A stretch of 64,000 bases of DNA, from NCBI GenBank assembly GCA_024641325.1, contig JAHEDJ010000001.1, positions 151,594 through 215,593 of the forward strand. Direction: 5' to 3'. A program made the translations under genes and the position numbers. Positions 18,174 to 27,202 of this stretch are shown piece after piece (position 1 is the stretch's first letter; every line of letters starts with the position of its first letter). This DNA is from a bacterium. Lineage in GTDB: Bacteria; Actinomycetota; Acidimicrobiia; Spongiisociales; JAHEDJ01. The notes beneath the pieces were generated by a model. That model did no database searches and was not told where the DNA came from. It saw only the letters and a list, made by a program, of their open reading frames with translations.

Positions 18174-18407
18174 GTGGTTCTAGCGTACGTGCTGATCCAG
18201 ACCGAGGTCGGCAAAGCAGCCTCGGTAGCCGAGGAAGCGCGCAAGATTCCGGGTGTCGAATCCGCCGATGACGTGACCGGCCCATACGACGTGGTCGTCA
18301 GGGCATCTGCCGGCGATGTCGATCAACTCGGGAAACTCGTTGTCGCACGCATTCAGGCCATCGAAGGGATCACCCGGACGCTCACCTGTCCTGTGGTGAA
18401 CCTCTAG
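18174..18407 (+). CDS. stand-alone Lrp/AsnC C-terminal (RAM) ligand-binding domain protein
   Basis: The GTG at 18174 after gaaggagggg gives VLAYVLIQTEVGKAASVAEEARKIPGVESADDVTGPYDVVV, a RAM-domain pattern. No HTH. Confidence 0.5.
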   Translation: MVLAYVLIQTEVGKAASVAEEARKIPGVESADDVTGPYDVVVRASAGDVDQLGKLVVARIQAIEGITRTLTCPVVNL

Positions 18408-18428
18408 CGGAACTCAGATTCGAGAACG

Positions 18429-18452
18429 AAAGCCCGGGCGCGCCCGGGCTTT
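18429..18452. terminator. perfect 24-bp palindrome AAAGCCCGGGCGCGCCCGGGCTTT (hairpin; terminator-like)
   Basis: Read directly. It sits between the convergent or co-directional gene ends at 18407 and 18512. There is no long U-run. Confidence 0.4.
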
Positions 18453-18511
18453 CAGTTCGATGTGGGCGATGTCTCCGGCGCTGGATCTCTGAAACCGAGT
18501 ACGCTCGCCGG

Positions 18512-19798
18512 ATGTCTGGAGAACCCGGCGAGATCAACTCGGACCTTGAACACACCCGTACCGCCGTCGATGACTGGCGGGATCTGGGTGACCTGGTTGC
18601 CCTTGCTACCGAACGAGTGACTGCGCCGGTACAGGGCATTCACGATGCAATTGCGCGCCGCTGGTTCGGGATGGCCGGAAGGAGAGCTGCGAACGCTCAT
18701 GAGGCTTACCTCGCATTGATGGCGGGTGTCTATCGGTCGGTGCGCCTTACGGGGACCGCACTGGGGGCAGCCGTCGGATTGGGAGCCGCGACGGCCGCCC
18801 GGCGGAAACCTTTGCGGCCGCTTTGGCGTTCCCGTGCCGTCGGCAGTATCCAGGCCGTCGGCAACGCGGTGTGGGGGGATGAGCTCGAATGCAGGCGCGC
18901 TGATCCACGAACGGAGCTGAACTTGCGGAGTTCCACGGGTGAGCCGATCGGTGCGGAATGCGTCGCACTGGAACAGGGTTTCCCGCATCCTTCTGCGCGG
19001 ATAGTTGTTCTCCTCCACGGCCTCGGAGAGACCGAGCGTTGCTGGCAGGGGCGCACAGCCAGCGGAGTGGCTGCTACCGGACTCGCTGAGGTTCTCGAGG
19101 CCGACTCCTTCACACCGCTACTCATCCGCTACAACAGCGGCAGACACGTATCCGACAACGGGGACGCGCTTGCCGCCCTCATCGACCAGGTCGTGGATTG
19201 CTGGCCTGTAGCGGTTGAGGACATTTCACTCCTCGGCAACTCGATGGGCGGTCTCGTGGCGCGTAGTGCGGTGCACGCCGGTCGATCCGCGGGACATAGT
19301 TGGACTTACTTGACCAGCCACCTCATCACGCTGGGCTCCCCACACCTGGGTGCGCCGCTCGAGAAGTTCGCCAATCTGATTGCGTGGGGGTTGCGCCTCG
19401 CTCCGGAAAGCCGTCCGTTGGGTGAGTTTCTCAATCACCGCAGCGCCGGGATCAAGGACCTCCGTTTCGGTGCCATCCGGGACGAAGATTGGAGCCGGGA
19501 GGACCCCGACGCGCTGCTGAGCGATTCGGTCGGAGATACCCGGTTGCCGGATCACGTCGATCAACACTTCGTGGCTGGGGTCATCACCAGCGTACCCACC
19601 CATCCGGTTGGCGTGCTTCTCGGCGATCTCGTCGTTCGTGCCGGGAGCGGCACCGGCCGTGGTCGTCGTCGCCGGATCGAGGTGGCCGACGTACGTGTAA
19701 TCGGCGGGCGGCGCCACTCCGATCTGCTCCACGATCCTGCGGTTCACGAGCAGGTGAGGGATTGGCTGAGAACGAAGGCCGACAACCGCAATCATTGA
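18512..19798 (+). CDS. alpha/beta hydrolase (lipase/esterase-like, GxSxG)
   Basis: LLGNSMGGLVARSAVH nucleophile elbow in a 428-aa protein. Confidence 0.55.
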   Translation: MSGEPGEINSDLEHTRTAVDDWRDLGDLVALATERVTAPVQGIHDAIARRWFGMAGRRAANAHEAYLALMAGVYRSVRLTGTALGAAVGLGAATAARRKPLRPLWRSRAVGSIQAVGNAVWGDELECRRADPRTELNLRSSTGEPIGAECVALEQGFPHPSARIVVLLHGLGETERCWQGRTASGVAATGLAEVLEADSFTPLLIRYNSGRHVSDNGDALAALIDQVVDCWPVAVEDISLLGNSMGGLVARSAVHAGRSAGHSWTYLTSHLITLGSPHLGAPLEKFANLIAWGLRLAPESRPLGEFLNHRSAGIKDLRFGAIRDEDWSREDPDALLSDSVGDTRLPDHVDQHFVAGVITSVPTHPVGVLLGDLVVRAGSGTGRGRRRRIEVADVRVIGGRRHSDLLHDPAVHEQVRDWLRTKADNRNH

Positions 19799-19952
19799 GG
19801 TGGGCTGCCCTTTCAGAGTCCGCGGCCAAGACGTTCCCAATTTCGAGACTCACGAGATTCGCCAACGGTGAAGGCGAGGGTTCTAACACCTCGGTGATGT
19901 CAACCGAGCGACGGCATCGGACCATCCTGGCGGCTCGGCGGCCTACGATGTA

Positions 19953-20651
19953 GTGACGACTGGAGGTCGTATGTTGGCACCCGACGCTCTCGATCGCGGT
20001 TACTCCGAAATCATGCGCTCGTGCATCGCGACGGGACAAGCACCTCACTTCACCGAACTCGCTGCCTCGCTCGGTATTCCTGTTCCGGAGGCGAGGGCTT
20101 TGGTACACGAACTCGTGTCGCTCACCCCGGGATGGGTGCATCCCGGAACTGATCTACTGGCATCCTTTCCGCCTTTCAACCTCCAGCCGACGCAGTACCG
20201 CGTGTCGGTGGACGGTGAACAACGCTGGTTCGCCCAGTGCGGGTTTGAGGCGTTGGCCATCCGGTGGCTCTTCCCGGGGCAGCAAGTGAGGATCGAAGCG
20301 CCATGCCTGTGCTGCGGCGAATCCATGGTGGTGGAGATGAACGATACGGCGATCACCACCATCGAACCGGAGGCAATGGTCGGCTACACCAGCTCCGAAA
20401 TCGGCGGCGATCCGGCCACCAGGCCATTTCGGTGAGCGAACATGAACCTCTTCCGGTCGGAAGAGCACGCACGCAGTTGGGACCGGTACGACGCGTCCAT
20501 GGCGGCCAGTCTCCGTCCGGTGGCCGAGTGGGCCGACATCTTCAGCAACATCTACTTCAAGGAGCGCGTGCGCCCCGACTTCATATCTTGGGCACGTGGC
20601 GAGTCCGGGAAGCGTGCGTTCGATGAACTTCGCCGTCGGGCACGATCGTGA
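19953..20651 (+). CDS. organomercurial lyase (MerB)-like protein interrupted by one in-frame TGA at 20433-20435; candidate selenoprotein, alternatively a nonsense pseudogene
   Basis: ORFs 19953..20435 and 20442..20651 are in the same frame. RWFAQCGFEALAIRWLFP aligns with MerB YAWCALDTLIFP (Cys96/Asp99), and NLFRSEEHARSW aligns with MerB HFFASVPTAEDW. The TGA falls where MerB has Cys159/Cys160. Confidence 0.45.
20448..20465 (+). promoter_or_regulatory. bacterial SECIS-like hairpin CUCUUCC-GGUC-GGAAGAG, 12 nt downstream of the in-frame UGA
   Basis: Perfect 7-bp stem with apical loop GGUC. The loop G and U lie 23-25 nt from the UGA, as in E. coli fdhF SECIS (loop GGUC, G23/U24). Confidence 0.35.
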
Positions 20652-20667
20652 CGACCGGCCCTTCCGC

Positions 20668-21507
20668 TCAGATCTCTCTTAGCGCCTCGGCCAGGGGTTG
20701 AACCATTCCCGGGTTGAATGGAGCTCTCAGGCTGAAGACGGCCATATCGAGTCCCGTTTCGAACAATCGCGCGGCCTCGTCGGCCAGGGCCTTCGGGTCG
20801 GCATCGGCAGGCGTGAAGACGTGGGCGCTGCGCGTGATCTCATCAGCGTTGCGTCCCACCGCCTCGCAGTGTGATAGGAGCACATCGTTCTTGTGGCTCC
20901 AGGCGTCGGGCTCGATCCTCAGCGCATCCCAGAGGTCGGCCCACTTCGCAACGATTCTGAGCGTACGGCGCTCCCCGCCACCGCCGATGGCGATCGGCGG
21001 GCGCGGGCGCTGCGGGCCTTTCGGCTCGCAGTGGGCATCGGCGAAGGTGTAGTAGTCGCCTTCGAAATCGAGGGACCGGTCCGACAACAGGCGCGCGATG
21101 ACCTCCACACCCTCCTCGAATCGATCCATTCGCTCCTTGATGGTTCCAAGCGCGAGTCCGTAGGCGTCGACCTCGGTCTGGAACCAACCGGCGCCGAGCC
21201 CGAGATTGAGGCGGCCGCCGGACACGATATCCAACGTTGCGGCCATCTTGGCGGTCACGGCCGGATGCCGGAAATGCATGCCGTGCACCATCGTTCCCAC
21301 CCGGATCCGGGATGTGGCGCGGGCGAGCGCGGTGAGAGTGACCCATGCTTCGAGACAGGGTCCGTGCGGGTCGCCGGCGATGGGGTAGAGGTGGTCGAAA
21401 ACCCAGGCCGACTCGAAGAGGTCGATCTGATCGGCTTCCTTCCATACTGCCAGCGTGTCGTCCCAGCTCACGTGCTGTGGAGGCGTCTTTATGGCGAATC
21501 TTCCCAT
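20668..21507 (-). CDS. LLM-class F420-dependent oxidoreductase (luciferase-like monooxygenase family)
   Basis: 279 aa. MGRFAIKTPPQHVSWDDTLAVWKEADQIDLFESAWVFDHL is typical of LLM proteins. Confidence 0.7.
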   Translation of the reverse strand: MGRFAIKTPPQHVSWDDTLAVWKEADQIDLFESAWVFDHLYPIAGDPHGPCLEAWVTLTALARATSRIRVGTMVHGMHFRHPAVTAKMAATLDIVSGGRLNLGLGAGWFQTEVDAYGLALGTIKERMDRFEEGVEVIARLLSDRSLDFEGDYYTFADAHCEPKGPQRPRPPIAIGGGGERRTLRIVAKWADLWDALRIEPDAWSHKNDVLLSHCEAVGRNADEITRSAHVFTPADADPKALADEAARLFETGLDMAVFSLRAPFNPGMVQPLAEALREI

Positions 21508-21594
21508 GATCGGTACCTCTCTGTCGCTCTGGTGCCTTCTACCCTATGCGCCCTCGATCATCCACCGTAGAACCGGCTGTGGCCGCAAAGGGAT

Positions 21595-22461
21595 TCACCC
21601 GACCGGATTGCGCAGCGTGCCGATACCGTCGATGGAGATCTCCACAACATCGCCATTCGCGAGGTAGCGCGGAGGGTCGAATCCGATTCCGACGCCGAGA
21701 CCGGTTCCCGTGGCGATGACATCTCCGGGTTCGAGCGTCATCACCTGCGAAAGCGTGACGATGAGGGATTCGGTATCGAAGATCAGCGCTGAGATGGGCG
21801 CCTCTTGGCGGAGTTCACCATTGACGTGGGTGCGCATCCACGAGGAACGAATTTCCGGGAGTTCATCGCGGGTCGTGATACACGGTCCCATCGGGCAGAA
21901 CGTGTCGGGGCTCTTCCCGATGAACCACTGGACGTGGCGCTTCTGGAGGTCCCGAGCTGTGACATCGTTGACGATCGTCCAGCCGAAGACGTGTGAGAGA
22001 GCGTCATCCGGAGACACGTTCTTCCCGTGGCGACCGATGACTACGGCCATCTCGCCCTCGTAGTCGGTTGTGCCGGTGGGGTCGTTCGCGAGGACGATCG
22101 GATCGTCGGGACCGATCACCGAGGTCGGTGCCTTTGTGAAGACGACCGGGTTATCTGGAATCATCTGTTTTTCGGAAGCGTCGAATCCGGAATCGGAGAA
22201 TTCCTTCGCATGATCCCGGTAGTTTCGGCCGACCGCGATGACGTTCTTGCGCATTCGCAGCGGGGCGAGTATCCGGACGGTCGAAAGCGGGCGTCTGTGA
22301 CCTTGCCGGACTGCTTCCAGCGCGGATTCGAGTGACCACCCGGCAATTGCGTCGACCATATCGGTGGGGATCATTCCCGTTGAGCTGAGATCGACGACCT
22401 CGTCTCCATCGATGGCCCCGACCGCTCTCGCACCGGCATGTTCATACGAAATCAGCCTCAT
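21595..22461 (-). CDS. fumarylacetoacetate hydrolase (FAH) family protein
   Basis: FAH-family body (GDVIATGTGLGVG, metal-binding E/D). ATG at 22461 (MRLISYEHAG) after AGGA. The ORF track's extension to 22779 is spurious. Confidence 0.7.
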   Translation of the reverse strand: MRLISYEHAGARAVGAIDGDEVVDLSSTGMIPTDMVDAIAGWSLESALEAVRQGHRRPLSTVRILAPLRMRKNVIAVGRNYRDHAKEFSDSGFDASEKQMIPDNPVVFTKAPTSVIGPDDPIVLANDPTGTTDYEGEMAVVIGRHGKNVSPDDALSHVFGWTIVNDVTARDLQKRHVQWFIGKSPDTFCPMGPCITTRDELPEIRSSWMRTHVNGELRQEAPISALIFDTESLIVTLSQVMTLEPGDVIATGTGLGVGIGFDPPRYLANGDVVEISIDGIGTLRNPVG

Positions 22462-22465
22462 CGCC

Positions 22466-22499
22466 CAGCATCCTACATCGAATATGATGTAGGATGCTG
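22466..22499. promoter_or_regulatory. perfect 14-bp inverted repeat CAGCATCCTACATC-gaatat-GATGTAGGATGCTG (operator-like)
   Basis: Read directly. It begins 5 nt upstream of the FAH start codon, in the divergent region toward the ABC transporter operon. Confidence 0.4.
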
Positions 22500-22579
22500 G
22501 AAGCAGTGAGCGGTCGTCTCTCGAGCCGACCGCAAACTGAGAGCGCGATTCACCGCGACAGCCTATTTGGAGGTAAAGG

Positions 22580-23647
22580 ATGGTACGTACTCGTTCTTTG
22601 TTGGTCCTGTTCATCGTTCTGGCGTTGACGTTCGCCGCCTGCGGAGATAGCACCGATGACTCGACAGACACGACGGCCGGCGCGACCGCTACGACGGCAG
22701 CCCCAGCGGAGCTAACCAAGGTCACCGTCCTCGCCCCGAACCCTTCGGCTGTGATCTGGTTCAGCCTTTGCACCGCCATCTATGAGGGCTACCTCGAAGA
22801 AGAGGGCATCGATGCCAGCTTCGAGGCCGTTGATGGATCAGGTGCAGTCCTTCAGGCGATGGCCGCCGGACAGGCCGAGTTCGGTATTCCCGGCCCGGGA
22901 CCGGTGCTTGCCGCTCGGGCGGCCGGTGAAGATCCCGTCGCCATCTACAACGGATTCGCCCAGGCGCTGTTTGGACTCGTCGTGTTGGAAGACTCCGCCT
23001 ACAAAGTGCCGGCGGACCTCAAGGGTGACGGTGCGCCGACGGTTATCGGAGTAGGTACCGCAGAAGGATCGGAAGTCACCTTCGTGCGCCCGATCCTCAC
23101 CGCGGCCGGCCTGGAAGAGGGCGTCGACTACGAGTTCCTGCCCGTCGGTGACGGTGGCCCCGCCACCGCAGCCTTCGAGCGGGGCGAGATCGAAGCCTAT
23201 GCAGCTGCCGTGCCGGACATGGCGATCATCGAAGCCCGCGGCTTGCCGCTTCTGGAGATCACTCCGCCGGAGTACAAGACGGTCTTCGGCAACGGATATG
23301 CCACGACGCAGGCACTCATCGATTCGGATCCGGACCTGGTTCAGGGATTCGTGAACGGCCTGGTCAAGGGTGCCCTGTTTGGTGAGGCCAACCCGGACGC
23401 CGCAGAGGCCGATTGCGCCAAGATGAACCCGGAAGAGGCGACCGATCCGGAGCTGGCCAGGGCGTTGCTCGATCTGTCGATCGTTGTGAGCAAGCCCCTC
23501 GGCGGTCTTCCGTGGGGCACGTACGACCCGGTGGCCTGGCAGGCGTGGGCCGACAGCCTGGTCGGTGACGGTACGCTCACCGAGGCTCCTGATGTGAGCT
23601 CGGCGTTCACCAACAAGTTCGTGGAAGCAGCCCACGCGGGTAGCTGA
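22580..23647 (+). CDS. ABC transporter substrate-binding lipoprotein (NitT/TauT/SsuA-like family)
   Basis: Lipoprotein signal LALTFAACGDS and a periplasmic-binding-protein-like body. First gene of an SBP-ATPase-permease operon. Confidence 0.7.
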   Translation: MVRTRSLLVLFIVLALTFAACGDSTDDSTDTTAGATATTAAPAELTKVTVLAPNPSAVIWFSLCTAIYEGYLEEEGIDASFEAVDGSGAVLQAMAAGQAEFGIPGPGPVLAARAAGEDPVAIYNGFAQALFGLVVLEDSAYKVPADLKGDGAPTVIGVGTAEGSEVTFVRPILTAAGLEEGVDYEFLPVGDGGPATAAFERGEIEAYAAAVPDMAIIEARGLPLLEITPPEYKTVFGNGYATTQALIDSDPDLVQGFVNGLVKGALFGEANPDAAEADCAKMNPEEATDPELARALLDLSIVVSKPLGGLPWGTYDPVAWQAWADSLVGDGTLTEAPDVSSAFTNKFVEAAHAGS

Positions 23648-23652
23648 GCGGG

Positions 23653-24486
23653 ATGATCGAATCAACTGATTCCGTCGACCGGGCGGGGCAACAGCCCCGC
23701 CCGGTCAACGATGAGGTCGTCAGGATCACCGGCCTCTCCAAGACCTTTCATAAGCGCGGCTTGAATGCCCTGGACGACGTTGACATGACCCTTCGCCATG
23801 GCACCTTCACGAGTGTCATTGGTCCAAGCGGATGCGGGAAATCCACCCTGCTGAAGATCATGGCAGGATTGATTCCGGCAAGTTCAGGGGAGATCCTGCT
23901 GAACGGTGTCGAGGTGACGGGACCCCGTCAAGACATCGGGATCATGTTCCAGCAGCCGACGTTGCTCCCCTGGCGCACTTCACTCGAGAATGTCCTGCTG
24001 CCGATCGAGATCAGGTCGGGATCTGCGGCCGCCCAGGAGCGCTCGGCGGATGCCCTCCAACTGCTCGAACTGGTTGGACTCGGAGGCTTTGACCAAGTGC
24101 GGCCGTTCGAGCTCTCCGGCGGCATGGCGCAGCGAGTGGCCATCTGTCGGATGCTCGTCACCGGACCTGCGATTCTGCTGCTCGACGAGCCGTTCGGGGC
24201 CCTGGACGAGTTGACACGCGAGTACATGAACGTCGAACTACAGCGGATCTGCCGGGAGCGAGATGCCACCTCTTTCATGGTGACCCATGCGATCCCGGAA
24301 GCCGTCTTCCTGGCCGACCAGGTTTTCGTGATGTCGGCTCGGCCGGGTCGAATCGCCACGATTGTTGATGTCGACCTTCCCCGCCCAAGAACTCTTGACA
24401 TGATGACAACTCCCGAGTTCGGAGCACTCGTGCGTCGCGTGCGCCACGAGCTCAACATGGGAATCGGCGAAGGAGGCGAAGAATGA
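23653..24486 (+). CDS. ABC transporter ATP-binding protein
   Basis: Walker A GPSGCGKSTLLK, signature LSGGMAQRVAI, Walker B LLLDEPF. Confidence 0.8.
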   Translation: MIESTDSVDRAGQQPRPVNDEVVRITGLSKTFHKRGLNALDDVDMTLRHGTFTSVIGPSGCGKSTLLKIMAGLIPASSGEILLNGVEVTGPRQDIGIMFQQPTLLPWRTSLENVLLPIEIRSGSAAAQERSADALQLLELVGLGGFDQVRPFELSGGMAQRVAICRMLVTGPAILLLDEPFGALDELTREYMNVELQRICRERDATSFMVTHAIPEAVFLADQVFVMSARPGRIATIVDVDLPRPRTLDMMTTPEFGALVRRVRHELNMGIGEGGEE

Positions 24487-25355
24487 CTTTCAAGCCCGAA
24501 GAACTCGCCGGACCCGTCGAGATGTCCGATGCAGAGGCCCTCTGGTATTCGGGCAAGTGGATCGACCGGGTTCCGCAGTGGGTTTCGGTGACGGTGCTCG
24601 GTTTGGCCATGCTCGGAATCTGGTGGTTGATTGCCGAACTCGAATTCGTCTCCAGGATTTTGCTTCCGGGGCCGGCAGAGACCTTTGAAGAACTGTGGGA
24701 CACCACCAAGAACATTGTGAGTGGTGGTCATATCGCTGAGGGGTTGTGGATCACAACCCAGGAGGTGGTGTGGGGCTTCCTACTCGCAGCTTTTGCAGGC
24801 TTCGTTTTGGGTGTTGTCGTCGGCGAAACCAGGTTGGGAAAGCGGGCGGTCATGCCCTACCTCGTGTCATTCAACGCTCTCCCAAAGGTCGCCTTCGCCC
24901 CTGTGTTCGTTGCCTGGTTTGGCTTCGGCGTCAATTCAAAGATCGTCATGGCAACGTTCATCGCATTCTTTCCGGTGATCGTTGACACTGCGGCCGGCAT
25001 GCTGGCTGCGGATGACGACACTCTGATGTTGTTCAAGTCGATGGAATCGAGCAGGTGGCAGACTTTGCGCAAGTTGAAGCTGCCGTCCGCACTGCCGTTC
25101 ATCTTCGCCGGGCTCAAGACTGCGGCGGTATTCAGTGTCGTTGGGGCGGTGGTAGGGGAGTACCTCGGCGGGGGCCACGGTTTGGGAGAGCTGATCAGGT
25201 TCTCGGCCCAGACCCTGCGGATCGACCGTGTGTTCGCCCTGATCGTCTACCTCGGTGTCATCGGCCTCCTCCTCTTCGGCCTGGTGGCCTGGGCGGAGAG
25301 GAAGCTGCTGTTCTGGCACAAATCCGAGATCTTCGAGATCCAGGGAACAGGCTGA
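24483..25355 (+). CDS. ABC transporter permease
   Basis: Six-TM BPD-transport-type permease. Start overlaps the ATPase stop. Confidence 0.75.
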   Translation: MTFKPEELAGPVEMSDAEALWYSGKWIDRVPQWVSVTVLGLAMLGIWWLIAELEFVSRILLPGPAETFEELWDTTKNIVSGGHIAEGLWITTQEVVWGFLLAAFAGFVLGVVVGETRLGKRAVMPYLVSFNALPKVAFAPVFVAWFGFGVNSKIVMATFIAFFPVIVDTAAGMLAADDDTLMLFKSMESSRWQTLRKLKLPSALPFIFAGLKTAAVFSVVGAVVGEYLGGGHGLGELIRFSAQTLRIDRVFALIVYLGVIGLLLFGLVAWAERKLLFWHKSEIFEIQGTG

Positions 25356-25373
25356 TCCGAAAGGAATACAACA

Positions 25374-26216
25374 ATGAGAATCGCTCGAATTGCCGGGCCG
25401 TCCGGGCCCGCCTATGCAGTCCAGGGTGGAGACGCTTCATGGCTCGACCTCGGGTCGCTGGGAATCGACGTGACGACCACGCCGGAGTTGGTAGATGCTG
25501 CGGAGGCTCTCGCTGCGCTGGACGTCGAGGCGCTCGGCGGGGGTACCGTCGATCCTGAGTTCCTGGCTCCGGTTGTCGCACCGGGCAAGCTGATGGCGAT
25601 CGGACTCAACTACTCCGATCACATACGCGAAACCAACTCGAAGCCGCCGGCGAATCCAATCCTGTTCATGAAGGCGAACACTTCACTGACAGGTCCCAGC
25701 GACGACATAGTCGTCGACGCGCAGATGACGGCAATGGCCGACTACGAGACCGAACTCACTGCGATCATCGGGACCCGCACCAAAGGTATCGCCAAGAGCG
25801 AAGCCCTTCAGTCGATCTTCGGCTACACCGTGGCGAACGACGTAACGGCGCGAGATTGCATGAAGTCCGATGGTCAGCTGGTTCGATCGAAGAGCTTCGA
25901 TACCTATTGTCCCATCGGGCCATGGATCACCACGGCCGACGAAGTACCAGATCCTCAGGCTCTGGGCATCAAGACCCTGGTCAATGGAGAAGTCCGGCAA
26001 GACTCCTCGACCAGCGAGATGTTGTTCCCGGTTGACCACCTGATCCATTTCCTCGCCAGAGGCATGACCCTGGAGCCCGGCGATGTGTTGTTGACCGGGA
26101 CTCCACACGGCGTCGGGTTCGTCATGGATCCTCCTCGTTTCCTCCAACCCGGTGACGTGGTGGAATGCGAGGTGGAGGGTCTGGGGAAGCTGCGCAACCG
26201 GGTGGTTGCACCGTAG
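25374..26216 (+). CDS. fumarylacetoacetate hydrolase (FAH) family protein (second paralog)
   Basis: MRIARIAGP...GDVLLTGTPHGVG. Domain layout as at 21595-22461. Confidence 0.7.
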   Translation: MRIARIAGPSGPAYAVQGGDASWLDLGSLGIDVTTTPELVDAAEALAALDVEALGGGTVDPEFLAPVVAPGKLMAIGLNYSDHIRETNSKPPANPILFMKANTSLTGPSDDIVVDAQMTAMADYETELTAIIGTRTKGIAKSEALQSIFGYTVANDVTARDCMKSDGQLVRSKSFDTYCPIGPWITTADEVPDPQALGIKTLVNGEVRQDSSTSEMLFPVDHLIHFLARGMTLEPGDVLLTGTPHGVGFVMDPPRFLQPGDVVECEVEGLGKLRNRVVAP

Positions 26217-26356
26217 GCCCGCCGACCCCACGGCCGCCTTGGTGCCGCGCAAGTTGCGGAGATAGGCTCGGGAGGAGAGGTACGGCAGGCTGTGGTTCTT
26301 CGCCAGGAGACACGAATGCAGGTCGTTGCCCGGGCCATTAGAGAAGGAGACTTGAC

Positions 26357-27202
26357 ATGGATGTTGGATTCATGGGACTCGGCGCGATGGGACGGCCGAT
26401 GGCCGCCAACCTCGCCGGGTCCGGGCACCGGGTGATCGCCTGGAACCGATCGCCGGTCGAGGCGCCCGAAGGCGTCGATCTCGTCGACTCGCCGAAGGCC
26501 GTCGCCGAACATACCGGCGTAGCGTTCGTGATGGTCTCGGCTGCCGACGCAGTCGAGGAGGTCGTGTTTGGTGATGGAGGTTGGGCGAGCGGAGCAAAGC
26601 CCGGATCGGTCTTGATCCAGTCGTCCACCATTGGTCCAACGGCGGCCGAGAGCCTCGGTGAGCGCGTTGCCGCGGCCGGGTTCGAATTTCTCGACGCCCC
26701 GGTCAGCGGTTCTGTGAAGCCCGCTGAGAATGCTCAGCTCACGATACTCGGCGGCGGTGATCAGGCACTGTTCGACCGCTACCAGAGCTTGTTCGACGCG
26801 ATCGCGAAACGGACGGTGGTGTTCGGCCCGGTCGGCAGTGGATCGGTAGCCAAACTCGGTGTGAACGGTTTCCTGGTTTCTGTGATTGCTGCTGCATCCG
26901 AGAGCTTGTCATGGCTCCACGAGCGCGAGCCCGATCTGGACATTCCGACCTTCGCTTCTGTCATCGAGCGCATCTCTCCGCTCGCCGCCGCCCGAGCCGA
27001 ATCCATCGCTGGTGACGCACCCTCTGGGGGATTCTCGCTTCGTCAGGCGGCGAAAGATATGGAACTGGTCGGCGAGGAGTTCGGCCCGGGAGGTGTCGTA
27101 GAGGCCGTCCGAGGACTAACACGGGCCGGGTTGGAGCTGGGCTTCGGCGATCTCGATGTTGCTTGTCTCGGTGCAGTCGTGCGCAGTAGGGAGAACGATT
27201 GA
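26357..27202 (+). CDS. NAD(P)-dependent oxidoreductase, 3-hydroxyisobutyrate dehydrogenase family
   Basis: MDVGFMGLGAMGRPMAANL Rossmann N-terminus. Confidence 0.7.
   Translation: MDVGFMGLGAMGRPMAANLAGSGHRVIAWNRSPVEAPEGVDLVDSPKAVAEHTGVAFVMVSAADAVEEVVFGDGGWASGAKPGSVLIQSSTIGPTAAESLGERVAAAGFEFLDAPVSGSVKPAENAQLTILGGGDQALFDRYQSLFDAIAKRTVVFGPVGSGSVAKLGVNGFLVSVIAAASESLSWLHEREPDLDIPTFASVIERISPLAAARAESIAGDAPSGGFSLRQAAKDMELVGEEFGPGGVVEAVRGLTRAGLELGFGDLDVACLGAVVRSREND

Noticed and set aside
19953-20651. Treating the MerB-like split simply as two genes or a dead pseudogene
   Set aside because: Not fully rejected. It is kept as the alternative, but the stop being exactly at the catalytic-Cys position with a GGUC-loop hairpin 12 nt downstream makes Sec recoding the more interesting reading.
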